From: a bacterium
GTDB lineage: Bacteria > Patescibacteriota > Minisyncoccia > Phycocordibacterales > UBA9973
DNA length: 64,000 nucleotides
Direction of reading: 5' to 3'
Assembly (NCBI GenBank): GCA_021824345.1
Contig: JAKAKW010000006.1
Coordinates: 10,257 to 74,256 of the forward strand
Below are positions 1-9,238 of this stretch, piece by piece (the stretch's first letter is position 1; every line of letters starts with the position of its first letter). Below the pieces are notes generated by a model, which was not told where the DNA came from, did no database searches, and saw nothing but the letters and a program-made list of their open reading frames with translations. The translations under genes and the position numbers were made by a program.

Positions 1-1580
1 AGTATGTCACTCCTTCTTCGGACATATATGAGCGCGGCACCATTTATTTCACTCAAAAAGACGGAGGACTGGTCACTGCGGCCGTACAGGCGTCGGGATA
101 CAAAATCGCCATCGCCCCGAACAAGCTGAAGGATCCGGAAACGGCATATCAAAAAATTTCACAGATTGTTTCCATCGACAAGGCATCTTTTTTGGACAAA
201 GCCGGAAAGAAAAACGATCCGTATGAAGAGGTTGCCGATCGCTTGACCAGGGAACAAGCAGACGCTGTTTCCGCCCTGGACCTTTCCGGTGTTTCAATAT
301 ACAAGGAAAAGTGGCGCTTCTATCCGGGCAAGGATCTCGCTTCGCACGCTCTGGGCTTTGTGGGATACATTGGAAACGCTCTTGCCGGACGGTACGGGCT
401 TGAAAGGCAGTATGAAAACGTTCTATCTCGGGGGCAGAATAATCCCTATGTCAATTTTTTTGCTGAAGTGTTTTCCGATATAAACAAGACTCTGCTGGGG
501 AAGGGAAACATGCAGGGAGACGTGGTGACCTCCATCGAGCCGGAGGTGCAGGGGTTTCTGGAAAACACTCTCTCCGGCGTGAAAGATAAATACAACGCCA
601 ATTCGGTCGGCGGAATAATCATGAACCCGGAAGACGGATCGATTTATGCCATGGCCGCCAGGCCGGATTTTGATCCAAACAACTTTTCGGACGCGAAAAG
701 CAACAGCGTCTTTTCCGATCCGCTTGTGGAAAGCGTCTTTGAATTCGGTTCAGTGGTGAAGCCCTTGGTCATGGCTGCCGCCCTGGATAAGGGCGTAGTA
801 ACTCCCGAAACTACATATTACGATCCCGGCCACGTTACAGTGGACAGCAAAGTAATTTACAATTTCGACAAAAAAGGCAGGGGCACGGCCAGCATGCAGG
901 AGGTGCTTACCCAGTCCTTGAACACCGGCATGGTGTACGTGGCCGGCAAGCTCGGGCATCAAAACATGCGGGACTATCTTTTGGGATACGACATAGATAA
1001 AAAAACCGGCATTGATCTTCCGAACGAAACAAGCGGTCTCGTTTCCAACTTGAACAGTCCGCGCGATTTGGAATATGCAAACGCCGCCTTCGGACAGGGA
1101 ATCGCTTTTACTCCGGTGGAGCTGGTGCGGGCGCTGTCTTCGCTCATAAACGGGGGAAAGCTGGTGGTTCCGCATCTGGCCAGCGAGATCAAATATGACG
1201 ACGGGCTGACAAAAACAATTGCCTATTCCTCCGGACAGGCGAAGATAAGCAAAGCGACGTCCGAAGAGATAGCCGGAATGATGGTAAAAGTAATGGACCA
1301 GGGGGTGAACAAAAACGATCCCGCCGGCTTGTCGCATTACAGCATAGGGGTAAAGACCGGCACCGCCCAAGTTCCGGATCCTTCAACCGGAGGATATTAT
1401 CCGGACCGGTATATGCATTCTTTCGTCGGATTTTTCCCTGCTTACGATCCGAAATTCATAATCTTTTTATACGCTCGGGATCCGAAAGGGGTGCAATATT
1501 CCGCCGAAACTTGGACTCAGCCGTTTGAAAGCATTGCTAAGTTTCTGATAAACTATTACCAAGTTCCTCCGGACAGGTAA
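1..1580 (+). CDS. Penicillin-binding protein 2 / FtsI-like peptidoglycan transpeptidase (5' partial; frame is open to the window start)
   Basis: Frame 3 is open from nt 3 with no upstream stop. The N-terminal region resembles a PBP dimerisation domain (YKEKWRFYPGKDLASHALGFVGY) and a transpeptidase domain follows (SxxK-like SVVKP, KTGTAQ motif). Confidence 0.85.
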   Translation, partial: YVTPSSDIYERGTIYFTQKDGGLVTAAVQASGYKIAIAPNKLKDPETAYQKISQIVSIDKASFLDKAGKKNDPYEEVADRLTREQADAVSALDLSGVSIYKEKWRFYPGKDLASHALGFVGYIGNALAGRYGLERQYENVLSRGQNNPYVNFFAEVFSDINKTLLGKGNMQGDVVTSIEPEVQGFLENTLSGVKDKYNANSVGGIIMNPEDGSIYAMAARPDFDPNNFSDAKSNSVFSDPLVESVFEFGSVVKPLVMAAALDKGVVTPETTYYDPGHVTVDSKVIYNFDKKGRGTASMQEVLTQSLNTGMVYVAGKLGHQNMRDYLLGYDIDKKTGIDLPNETSGLVSNLNSPRDLEYANAAFGQGIAFTPVELVRALSSLINGGKLVVPHLASEIKYDDGLTKTIAYSSGQAKISKATSEEIAGMMVKVMDQGVNKNDPAGLSHYSIGVKTGTAQVPDPSTGGYYPDRYMHSFVGFFPAYDPKFIIFLYARDPKGVQYSAETWTQPFESIAKFLINYYQVPPDR

Positions 1581-1586
1581 AAAAAA

Positions 1587-2909
1587 ATGAAAGAAATTTT
1601 CAAACATATAATAATGTACATCCTGCAAGCCGAATCAAGGCTGGTTCTTTGGAGGTACAAGCCCAAGGTGGTGGCCATTACCGGCAGCGTGGGCAAGACT
1701 TCCACCAAAGACGCCGTATACTCGGCTCTGTCCGGCATGACCCATGTGCGCAAGAGCGAAAAGAGCTACAACAGCGAATTCGGCCTTCCGCTTACCATTC
1801 TCGGCATGCCGACCGGCTGGAGCAATCCGTTCCTATGGATTGCGAACGTTGCCAAAGGATTGTGGCTTTTCCTCTGGCCGCATCGCTACCCAAAATGGCT
1901 GGTGCTTGAGGCGGGAGTAGGCAAGCCGGGAGACATGAAGCGCACCGCGGGCTGGATCAAGACCGACGCGGTGATCGTCACCGCCATAGGGGAAACGCCG
2001 GTGCACATAGAATTTTTTGAATCCCGCAAACACCTCATTGAAGAGAAGAGCGGGCTTATCAAAACCTTGAAGCCCGACGGAGTTTTGATTTTGAACGCGG
2101 ACGACGAAGCGGTGCTTTCCATGAAAGAAAAAACGAAATGCCGGGTGAAAACTTACGGCTTCGGAGACAAAGCGGAACTCAAAGGTTCCGGCGAAAATAT
2201 TTATTACGACGAAAGCGGAGTGCCCCGCGGAACTCTTTTCCGGGTGGATGAAGAGGGCACCAGTCTTCCGGTGGTAATAGAGGGCGTGTTCGGCAGTAAT
2301 CATGTTTATGCCGCCATGGCCACGCTTGCCCTGGCCAGCGCGCTCGGTTTGAATATGATTGAAACGGCGGACGCTCTCAAGAAATATGATCTTCCTCCGG
2401 GCCGGATGCGGCTCCTCCGAGGGATAAACGGATCGCTTATCATAGACGATACCTACAACTCTTCTCCCTTCGCCTGCAAGGCGTCTCTTGAAACTCTCGG
2501 GCAAGTAAAGACGTCCGGCAGGAGAATCGCGGTTCTCGGGGACATGCTGGAGCTCGGCAAGCATACGGAAGACGAGCACAGAAAAATAGGGGAGATCGCC
2601 CGGGAAAATGCAAATGTTCTTCTTGTGGTGGGACAGAGGGCGGAGAAAATAAAGGAAGGGGCGCTTTCGGCCGGCATGCAGGCGGGGGCAATTGAGCAGT
2701 TTCCGAATTCATACTCCGCCGGAGATTTTTTGAAGACTTTTGTCCAGCCCGGAGACCTGGTTTTGATCAAGGGTTCCCAGGGCATGCGCATGGAGAGGGC
2801 AGTGGCCGCCATTTTGGATGAAAGTACAGGCAGTGACGGCAACGGAGGAAAACAGGACAGAAAAAAACTCCTCGTCCGGCAGGACAAGGAGTGGTTGAGG
2901 AAGAAGTAG
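1587..2909 (+). CDS. murF: UDP-N-acetylmuramoyl-tripeptide--D-alanyl-D-alanine ligase MurF
   Basis: Mur ligase P-loop VVAITGSVGKTSTKD. Length and domain order are typical of MurF, and the gene lies directly downstream of the PBP gene as in dcw clusters. Confidence 0.9.
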   Translation: MKEIFKHIIMYILQAESRLVLWRYKPKVVAITGSVGKTSTKDAVYSALSGMTHVRKSEKSYNSEFGLPLTILGMPTGWSNPFLWIANVAKGLWLFLWPHRYPKWLVLEAGVGKPGDMKRTAGWIKTDAVIVTAIGETPVHIEFFESRKHLIEEKSGLIKTLKPDGVLILNADDEAVLSMKEKTKCRVKTYGFGDKAELKGSGENIYYDESGVPRGTLFRVDEEGTSLPVVIEGVFGSNHVYAAMATLALASALGLNMIETADALKKYDLPPGRMRLLRGINGSLIIDDTYNSSPFACKASLETLGQVKTSGRRIAVLGDMLELGKHTEDEHRKIGEIARENANVLLVVGQRAEKIKEGALSAGMQAGAIEQFPNSYSAGDFLKTFVQPGDLVLIKGSQGMRMERAVAAILDESTGSDGNGGKQDRKKLLVRQDKEWLRKK

Positions 2910-2975
2910 AAAAGGAGAGTAGAAGGTAAAATAAAAAGCGCAGAGGTATCAAGGGATACTTGCGCCGGCATTTGC

Positions 2976-3122
2976 CTAAAGTTTATCAAATTTGTGCAAT
3001 ATCTTTCCTAGGAGATATGAATTTCTCCTGTAAAAAAATTTACGCATCGCAAAGGTGAATAAAAGTATCAAGGATAAACCGATCATTAAAAACAATATGA
3101 GCCCAATGTCTCCAGTCTCCAT
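2976..3122 (-). CDS. Candidate small hydrophobic peptide (48 aa, METGDIGLILFLMIGLSLILLFTFAMRKFFYRR...) at the left edge of the AT-rich island
   Basis: Hand-translated minus-strand ORF with a Shine-Dalgarno-like AGGAAAGGA 8 nt upstream of the ATG and one predicted transmembrane helix. It is below the 60 aa cutoff of the ORF track. Confidence 0.25.
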   Translation of the reverse strand: METGDIGLILFLMIGLSLILLFTFAMRKFFYRRNSYLLGKILHKFDKL

Positions 3123-3222
3123 GACTTTTTCCTTTCCTGTTTATATATTTCTTATCATTATACACAAGTCTTGTATTTTGTCAAGTATTTTCGCTGTTTA
3201 AAAGTAAGCATATAATATCCGT

Positions 3223-3759
3223 ATGACTGAAGAATTTAAATTGCCGTACAAGAGGCCGGAAGAAAAGGATTTGGGCGCTCATGAAATAAAGTGGACATAT
3301 AATAAAAAAGCAAAGGCTGTTTTTTATCTGCGCGATCTTTCGGAAAAAAAGCTTGAGGAAATATATAAGGAATATGCCGATAGCCCCGAGATGAACAAAG
3401 CAATTGATGATTTGCTTGCCATCTGGGAAAAGAATGACGTCTATAAAGAAACTTTGCCGTTGGAGATCGTGAATTTTATGGTAGACCCGCTGTATGAAGA
3501 AGATTACATATCAGCATCGGACAAGTCTGCACTGGAAGCGGCGCTTATAAGACTGCGTAATGCCGAGGAAAGCATAAAAGAATTGCAAAACGGGATATTT
3601 AAAGAAAGGAATTGGTTTGAAACAAAGAATAGAGGAGGTATGTATAACAGAGTTATTGTTTACCTGAAGGCGCAAATCGCCGAAGGGGATATGTATTTAG
3701 TGAGAATAGGCGATATTACTAACAAGATGAAAAGAAGGATCAAAGAATTATCGAAGTAA
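3223..3759 (+). CDS. Hypothetical protein (island cargo)
   Basis: Intact 178 aa ORF in the AT-rich island, with no recognisable motifs. Confidence 0.5.
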   Translation: MTEEFKLPYKRPEEKDLGAHEIKWTYNKKAKAVFYLRDLSEKKLEEIYKEYADSPEMNKAIDDLLAIWEKNDVYKETLPLEIVNFMVDPLYEEDYISASDKSALEAALIRLRNAEESIKELQNGIFKERNWFETKNRGGMYNRVIVYLKAQIAEGDMYLVRIGDITNKMKRRIKELSK

Positions 3760-3988
3760 TTCCTTTACAATTTATTTGGTGACCTTAATGTTACCTAACT
3801 TAAAACTCTATGTAAATACATTCAGAGAATTGGACAAGATTATCTCCAATTTTGAAAAACCTTTAGTTCTCAACACCTTGCACGCTGATGCTCTTCAGAG
3901 ATCTATCCCTTAATGGTATTTAAATACTTCGTTGTTGTATAAACACTGCTATATACTTGTTGAGTAAACTAATGTATAATGAATCCAT

Positions 3989-4246
3989 ATGGGGCAAAAA
4001 ATTGATAAGAAAAAATTAATTGAATATTTGCAAACTAAGTGGAAAAGTCCTTGCCCTCTCTGTGGTGTGGGAAATTGGAATGTCTCTGATGGTGTTTTTG
4101 AATTAAGAGAATTTAATGAAGGCAATATGATTATTGGCGGAACTCCTATTGTTCCAGTGATTCCAATAACGTGCGGTAATTGTGGAAATACTGTATTAAT
4201 AAATGCTATTACAGCAAGATTTATCGGAACAGACAGCAATAAATGA
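3989..4246 (+). CDS. Small zinc-ribbon protein (two CxxC pairs: CPLCG ... CGNCG)
   Basis: 85 aa ORF with CxxC-36-CxxC spacing. Its ATGA stop overlaps the start of the next gene. Confidence 0.5.
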   Translation: MGQKIDKKKLIEYLQTKWKSPCPLCGVGNWNVSDGVFELREFNEGNMIIGGTPIVPVIPITCGNCGNTVLINAITARFIGTDSNK

Positions 4247-4836
4247 ATGGCAATGATATAAAATATTCCCAAGATTTTGAACTTCTCATGCCTCAAAAAC
4301 AGAAGTCCTATCCAATACCTGTTAATGAATGGTCTGTCTTAAAAAGAAAAATAAATAATATTTCAGAAAATGCAAATTTCTGGCATACATCCGGATCAAT
4401 ATTGATTGGTGTTGCAATCCCATCGTTTATCACTGCACTAACAGGATTCAATGAGTTAATATACTGGGGTGCCTTTGCCGTAACTGCTATTGCAGGAGGA
4501 CTTTGTTTTTATTTTGGCGTTGAACAACGCAACGTCCAAAATGAAAAAAAGGAAGATGTTATTGAATATATGGGGGTTATTGAGGAGAGATTCCGTATAA
4601 ATAATGCTTTATTTATAAACTCTGCTATGTATGGTATTGATGATAAATATATTGATATTACTTCCTCATTAAATTCCCATGTAGCTGATAGCAAGTTGTC
4701 AGTTAAAATATGCAATGAACTAGCTGGTGATGACCCTTATCCAGGAAAACAGAAGGAGTTAAAAATTGAATATACATTAGAAGGATTAAGACAGTCCACT
4801 ACTCTCAGCGAAGGCAGTATCCTTAATTTAGGATAA
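4243..4836 (+). CDS. Hypothetical membrane protein (2 predicted TM helices), translationally coupled to the upstream zinc-ribbon ORF
   Basis: 4-nt start/stop overlap with the upstream ORF. Two hydrophobic segments (ILIGVAIPSFITAL, GAFAVTAIAGGLCFYF). Confidence 0.5.
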   Translation: MNGNDIKYSQDFELLMPQKQKSYPIPVNEWSVLKRKINNISENANFWHTSGSILIGVAIPSFITALTGFNELIYWGAFAVTAIAGGLCFYFGVEQRNVQNEKKEDVIEYMGVIEERFRINNALFINSAMYGIDDKYIDITSSLNSHVADSKLSVKICNELAGDDPYPGKQKELKIEYTLEGLRQSTTLSEGSILNLG

Positions 4837-4919
4837 TATCTTCTTTTTTCCAAAAGATATATTGTAATATTTAATTTCTTTCTGTAGACATTCTGTATTA
4901 GATGTTGTAGTATTACAGA

Positions 4920-5570
4920 ATGTCAATAAATAGAGAAGAACTTACTTCCACGTTTTTAAAGATGAGAGATTTGTTTGTTGCTGACCCAACTAATGCCGTA
5001 AGAAGTAAATCTTTCATTACTGCATTTCAAGACTATTGTGAATACGAATTGAGGGCTAGAAATCTAGAAGTAAATGGGTTTCATATAGAAAAGGAATGGA
5101 AAATTGAGGTTGAAAGGGGGAGAGTAGAAGCAGATGTAGGCATCTTTGATAAAGATAATCAACCTGTCTTAATAGTTGATGTCAGAAGCCAAATGAGTTC
5201 TCTTGGAAAGAATTTTAATAACTATATAAGAATGAAAGCAGGAGAAGTTGAGAGTGTGCATAAAAAATACCCCAATTGTGTTGATGGTCTAGTATACATT
5301 CATCAAGCCGGAGATTTAAAAACAAATGGTAACATAAATCCTGTTGGCGTATTTAATTATAGTAATGCTGTAAAACAATTAGGTCTATTGTCGGGGCGTA
5401 AAGATGCCAATGGTCCTGCAAGCCTTTTTGAACAAGTTGCATATTGTATTATAGATTTCAACAGTCCTGCGCCTAAACTGTCCGACATCCATGATGTTCT
5501 TGATCTTCAGTTAGAGAATTTTTTTGATAATCTAGCGGACACACTCAAAGAACGCACAAACATAGATTAA
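4920..5570 (+). CDS. Putative restriction endonuclease partner of the adjacent methyltransferase (hypothetical, 216 aa)
   Basis: Convergent with the N6-adenine methyltransferase and sharing overlapping stop codons with it, inside the AT-rich island. A weak acidic D/E-x-K-like patch (EVERGRVEADVGIFDKD) is present, but no family can be named. Confidence 0.35.
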   Translation: MSINREELTSTFLKMRDLFVADPTNAVRSKSFITAFQDYCEYELRARNLEVNGFHIEKEWKIEVERGRVEADVGIFDKDNQPVLIVDVRSQMSSLGKNFNNYIRMKAGEVESVHKKYPNCVDGLVYIHQAGDLKTNGNINPVGVFNYSNAVKQLGLLSGRKDANGPASLFEQVAYCIIDFNSPAPKLSDIHDVLDLQLENFFDNLADTLKERTNID

Positions 5571-7390
5571 TTTACCAATTGGTATTTCTCAGATAAGAAC
5601 TTGTTGATTTCGTTCTTTTCTCCTAATGCAAGAAGCTTTCTTTTTTCTTCTAATGAGAAGCTTGGAATTGAAAAATTCTTTACATAGTTCTTTGCAAATG
5701 ATTTAAAGCCACCAGAGTAGTTTTTACTCGTCTTTTTAATGTAAAACCACATTAAGTCTGAATTTAAAACTTTTTCTAGTATTCGGAAATCCTCCTGTTT
5801 CTTAGGATAGATTGCATAACCACAGTAAAAAAGAGTTTCTTCTTCTTCAACTACAACAAAAGAAGGTCTGTTACCCATCATTGGCAATATAATTTTCTTA
5901 CCAAAACCATTTAAACCCTGTGTTCTTCCGTAAGCATACCAAGCTTCATACTTCTTTAACCCTTTATCTCTTAGGTCAAGTTCATTTTTTATAGCACACA
6001 AATAATCGTAGGTTTTTGGAAACCTTGATTTTATGTGTGATTCAGGAAGTATTTTTGCTCTACCCTTGTTCCCATATTCATAAGGATATATTATTCTTTC
6101 CTTGTTATTTTTAAGAGTTTCTAAATCCTTAACCTTATTTGGTTTAATTATCTTTTTTGTGAAATCTCGTTCTATTTGATACGTTTTTCCATTATATTCT
6201 TTTAAGAGGTACTTGTTATCATTGTTATCATTTACTAGAAACAAATCATTATTTAAAGTGGCTAATCCGGTTATAAATTTGTCTACATATTTAAATAATG
6301 GTGAACCAGAATTTTCAATTCTGAATATATTTTCAGCATCTTTTTTTGATAAAAATCTCCATTCTTTTTTGCCCAAGAGAAAGTGGTTTAAATTATCAAA
6401 TTTAAGTTTGCTTAGTTCTTTTATTTTTTCTTTTTTATCAACTAAACTGAACTTAATTTCATCAGCTCCTTTTTTATTCAGTATTGTTATGCAAGTATAA
6501 GTTATTGCTCCTTCAAAAATTTGCCATCCATTAAAATCAACTATTTTCTCTAAATATTTGTTTTTGAATATAAATTCACGTACAAGCTGTGCATTAGAGG
6601 ATGTTAAATAAGTGTTTGGAGTTATGAAACCTATTATCCCTGCACTGTGTGTAATATCTACTGCCAATTCAAAAAAGGGAATATACAAATCTACGTTTCC
6701 AAAATTTGCAGTTTCCCATTTTTTAATATTCTGCCTAACACTAAATCTTAAATTTTTTGTTCTAACGTATGGCGGGTTTCCAATAATATAATTGAAACCA
6801 GAAAAAGATGGAATGTGTTTCTTCCAATTGAAATCTAAACTATCGCCTTCAAATATATTGAATTCAAAATCATTATCTTCTCCGCTTGTAATAGCTAACA
6901 AGGATAAAATTATTTTTGTCCTTAAAACACTATTAGGTAAAATATCTACTCCATATATATATTTTTTAAATATTTCTTTAAATGAAAGGTTAAATTTTTT
7001 ATTTAAAAATTTTGATGCCTCAATCAAGAAAGCTCCGCTGCCACATGCAGGATCACATACTGTGCCCAGATCCCTAACGGTTTCTTGAACAATATATGAG
7101 ACCACTCCCGTTGGGGTATAATATGAACCGTTAACCTTTCTATCTTCCTCATTAACATTTAATTCATATAAACCTTCCAATAATTCAATATCAGGAACAA
7201 TTAATCTAGAATCAAACCAGAAGGTAATTCCTTGATTAATATTTCGTTCAATAATTGATTTAATTAGTTTGTTTTTTACTGCCTTTATTCCAGCTTTTTT
7301 AAGAACATTACTTATCACAAAAGTCTCTACATCCTGGAAAGAGTAGCAGGACAATTCTTTACTGATTTTTATAATGGGATAGTCCATCAT
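5567..7390 (-). CDS. N6-adenine-specific DNA methyltransferase (gamma class; type II/IIG-like with C-terminal target-recognition region)
   Basis: AdoMet motif I VCDPACGSGAFL lies upstream of catalytic motif IV GNPPYV, which is the gamma-class order. An extension of about 300 aa follows. Confidence 0.8.
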   Translation of the reverse strand: MMDYPIIKISKELSCYSFQDVETFVISNVLKKAGIKAVKNKLIKSIIERNINQGITFWFDSRLIVPDIELLEGLYELNVNEEDRKVNGSYYTPTGVVSYIVQETVRDLGTVCDPACGSGAFLIEASKFLNKKFNLSFKEIFKKYIYGVDILPNSVLRTKIILSLLAITSGEDNDFEFNIFEGDSLDFNWKKHIPSFSGFNYIIGNPPYVRTKNLRFSVRQNIKKWETANFGNVDLYIPFFELAVDITHSAGIIGFITPNTYLTSSNAQLVREFIFKNKYLEKIVDFNGWQIFEGAITYTCITILNKKGADEIKFSLVDKKEKIKELSKLKFDNLNHFLLGKKEWRFLSKKDAENIFRIENSGSPLFKYVDKFITGLATLNNDLFLVNDNNDNKYLLKEYNGKTYQIERDFTKKIIKPNKVKDLETLKNNKERIIYPYEYGNKGRAKILPESHIKSRFPKTYDYLCAIKNELDLRDKGLKKYEAWYAYGRTQGLNGFGKKIILPMMGNRPSFVVVEEEETLFYCGYAIYPKKQEDFRILEKVLNSDLMWFYIKKTSKNYSGGFKSFAKNYVKNFSIPSFSLEEKRKLLALGEKNEINKFLSEKYQLVN

Positions 7391-7707
7391 ACAGTTAATT
7401 ATAACTTACTTTTCCTAAAATAGTTAACATATTTATATCCTTATTTCTCAACATAATCTGTTTGTTTTTTATAAAGGTATTTTTATATTTAATATAGTTT
7501 TGTTAAGAAATAGCGAACATTCACAATATCTATTAAAAATATGTTGGAAAATAAAGATACTAATAAATAAATGGGCAATTATCATTGTTTTTGGTTTTTG
7601 GGTTAAAAACCAACTTTTCATCAACTTTGTTTATAAGTTTAAACAAAGTTTTTTCTGTGGGCATAAATTTATGGTTTTTTGGTATAAACCATCTTTTCAC
7701 AGAATTC

Positions 7708-7827
7708 CTAGAACCATTTTATACCTACCTTAAAGGCAATGCTTATTACTAAAATTAAAATGGTTACTAAAAGAATCACAATCCAGTTAAATGCGTTTTT
7801 GAATGATTTGTAGTCTTGGTCATCCAT
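7708..7827 (-). CDS. Candidate 39-aa single-TM peptide (MDDQDYKSFKNAFNWIVILLVTILILVISIAFKVGIKWF), possible type I toxin-like small protein
   Basis: Hand-translated minus-strand ORF ending in TAG. A highly structured region with interleaved inverted repeats lies immediately 5' of it on that strand. Confidence 0.2.
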   Translation of the reverse strand: MDDQDYKSFKNAFNWIVILLVTILILVISIAFKVGIKWF

Positions 7828-8080
7828 AATCTTGATTGATTTAGCTGACCAGAAACCAAAAAGCTCCTAGCCAGACATACAGGTTTCCCTGTAAGGCACG
7901 GTCAGTGCAAACTCTGACTAGGAGTTTTTTACCACTGACCGTGTCTCACATTCACCATGCCTCTATTGCTAAAGGTTTAGGCTACTTTGTATTAAATTGT
8001 ATGTAGTGATTTTACCTCTTTTGCTTGTAAAAACAAAGTAGGTTATTTGTTTTCTTGATTATAGCGTGTAGAATAAGGAC

Positions 8081-8794
8081 ATGAAAGGGGTTAATGAAAC
8101 AAAGAAATATAACAATCTGATTGAATCAGGACTGGAACTATTATCAAAAGCCCAAAGCTATATAGATACTTTTGACCACAACAGAGTGTATGGTCCTTCT
8201 GATTTAGAAGAGGTGAGTTCGTCTTTTGACATAGTAGAGGAATATCATAATTGGGTGAAAAGCATAATTAAATTTTATAAGTCAGATGATGATAAAGATA
8301 AGATTCTTACCTCTTTCTTTAAGGAAGTAGATGGTGTTCCTACTTTGGACTGGCTAGAGGATAATCACTATATGGAAGGTGATCCAATGCCAGCTAGTAT
8401 TGCTACTTCAATTCTAACTGAGGGGAAGAAAAAGCTAGAATATATCAGAAAAATATATGGCACAGAAAATGTTGGTAATGATAAGAAAATAATTCTGCTG
8501 GTAAATAAGAAAACAAATGAAATTACAGTGAAGGATAAAAATCATTTAAAGCATTCCTTCCGCAGGACATATGGAATAAACAAACGTCTTGGATATTTAA
8601 TCAAGATATACAAAACTCCAAAGATTGGTGGGGCTGTTTTAGCAGGTACTCCTAAGTTACAAAACATTAGTAAAGAATTGAAGAAAATCAATGCTGACTT
8701 AATGGAAGATTTGGATTTGCAGGATAATGTGATTATGAATGATAACAACTCCGGCTACTACATAAACCCAAAATACATTTTTGAATTTACTTAA
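8081..8794 (+). CDS. Hypothetical protein (island cargo)
   Basis: 237 aa AT-rich ORF with no recognisable motif. Confidence 0.45.
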   Translation: MKGVNETKKYNNLIESGLELLSKAQSYIDTFDHNRVYGPSDLEEVSSSFDIVEEYHNWVKSIIKFYKSDDDKDKILTSFFKEVDGVPTLDWLEDNHYMEGDPMPASIATSILTEGKKKLEYIRKIYGTENVGNDKKIILLVNKKTNEITVKDKNHLKHSFRRTYGINKRLGYLIKIYKTPKIGGAVLAGTPKLQNISKELKKINADLMEDLDLQDNVIMNDNNSGYYINPKYIFEFT

Positions 8795-8927
8795 ACAAGA
8801 TTTCTTAGTAAACCTTTTGTTGTTGTTAACCTAAACTAAACAAACCTTACCTACAAAGGTTTGTTTTCATTTTAACCCTACATAATTATAACTATTTTTG
8901 CGTACTTCTTTTTTCTAAAGTTAGGAT

Positions 8928-9128
8928 GTGAAGCCAGAAATAGAAAAAATAATTGAACTCTTGCAACAGATAGAACCAGAAGCAAGCAAGGAAGAATTAG
9001 AGGCAAAAGCCCAGAATATTTGGGAAATTGCCCTTTTCTTGGTTCAGCTGAAGCTTAGAGAGCACTCTAAACAGCCAAAACCAATGGATTTGAGGACTTT
9101 GCCAGAAAATAGGGGGAATTCACCTTAG
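8928..9128 (+). CDS. Small hypothetical protein upstream of the serine recombinase (possible recombination directionality factor)
   Basis: 66 aa ORF. Its position immediately 5' of the integrase gene is the only argument for the function. Confidence 0.2.
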   Translation: MKPEIEKIIELLQQIEPEASKEELEAKAQNIWEIALFLVQLKLREHSKQPKPMDLRTLPENRGNSP

Positions 9129-9238
9129 TTATGGAAAGTCGTGCTTATAACAAATATTACAAGTTTTCGGATTCTAATTATTAGTAATGAGATTTTGAGA
9201 TTATAAAATTAAGAGGTTTACTTAAAGTAATAAGATAT

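Noticed and set aside
2910-3230. Direct repeat of the tRNA-Glu 3' end marking the left island boundary
   Set aside because: I searched by eye for CCGGGAATCGAACCCGG-like or TAAGGTC-like segments and found none. This fits a serine-recombinase mechanism, which uses a 2-bp crossover, so its absence does not argue against the island.
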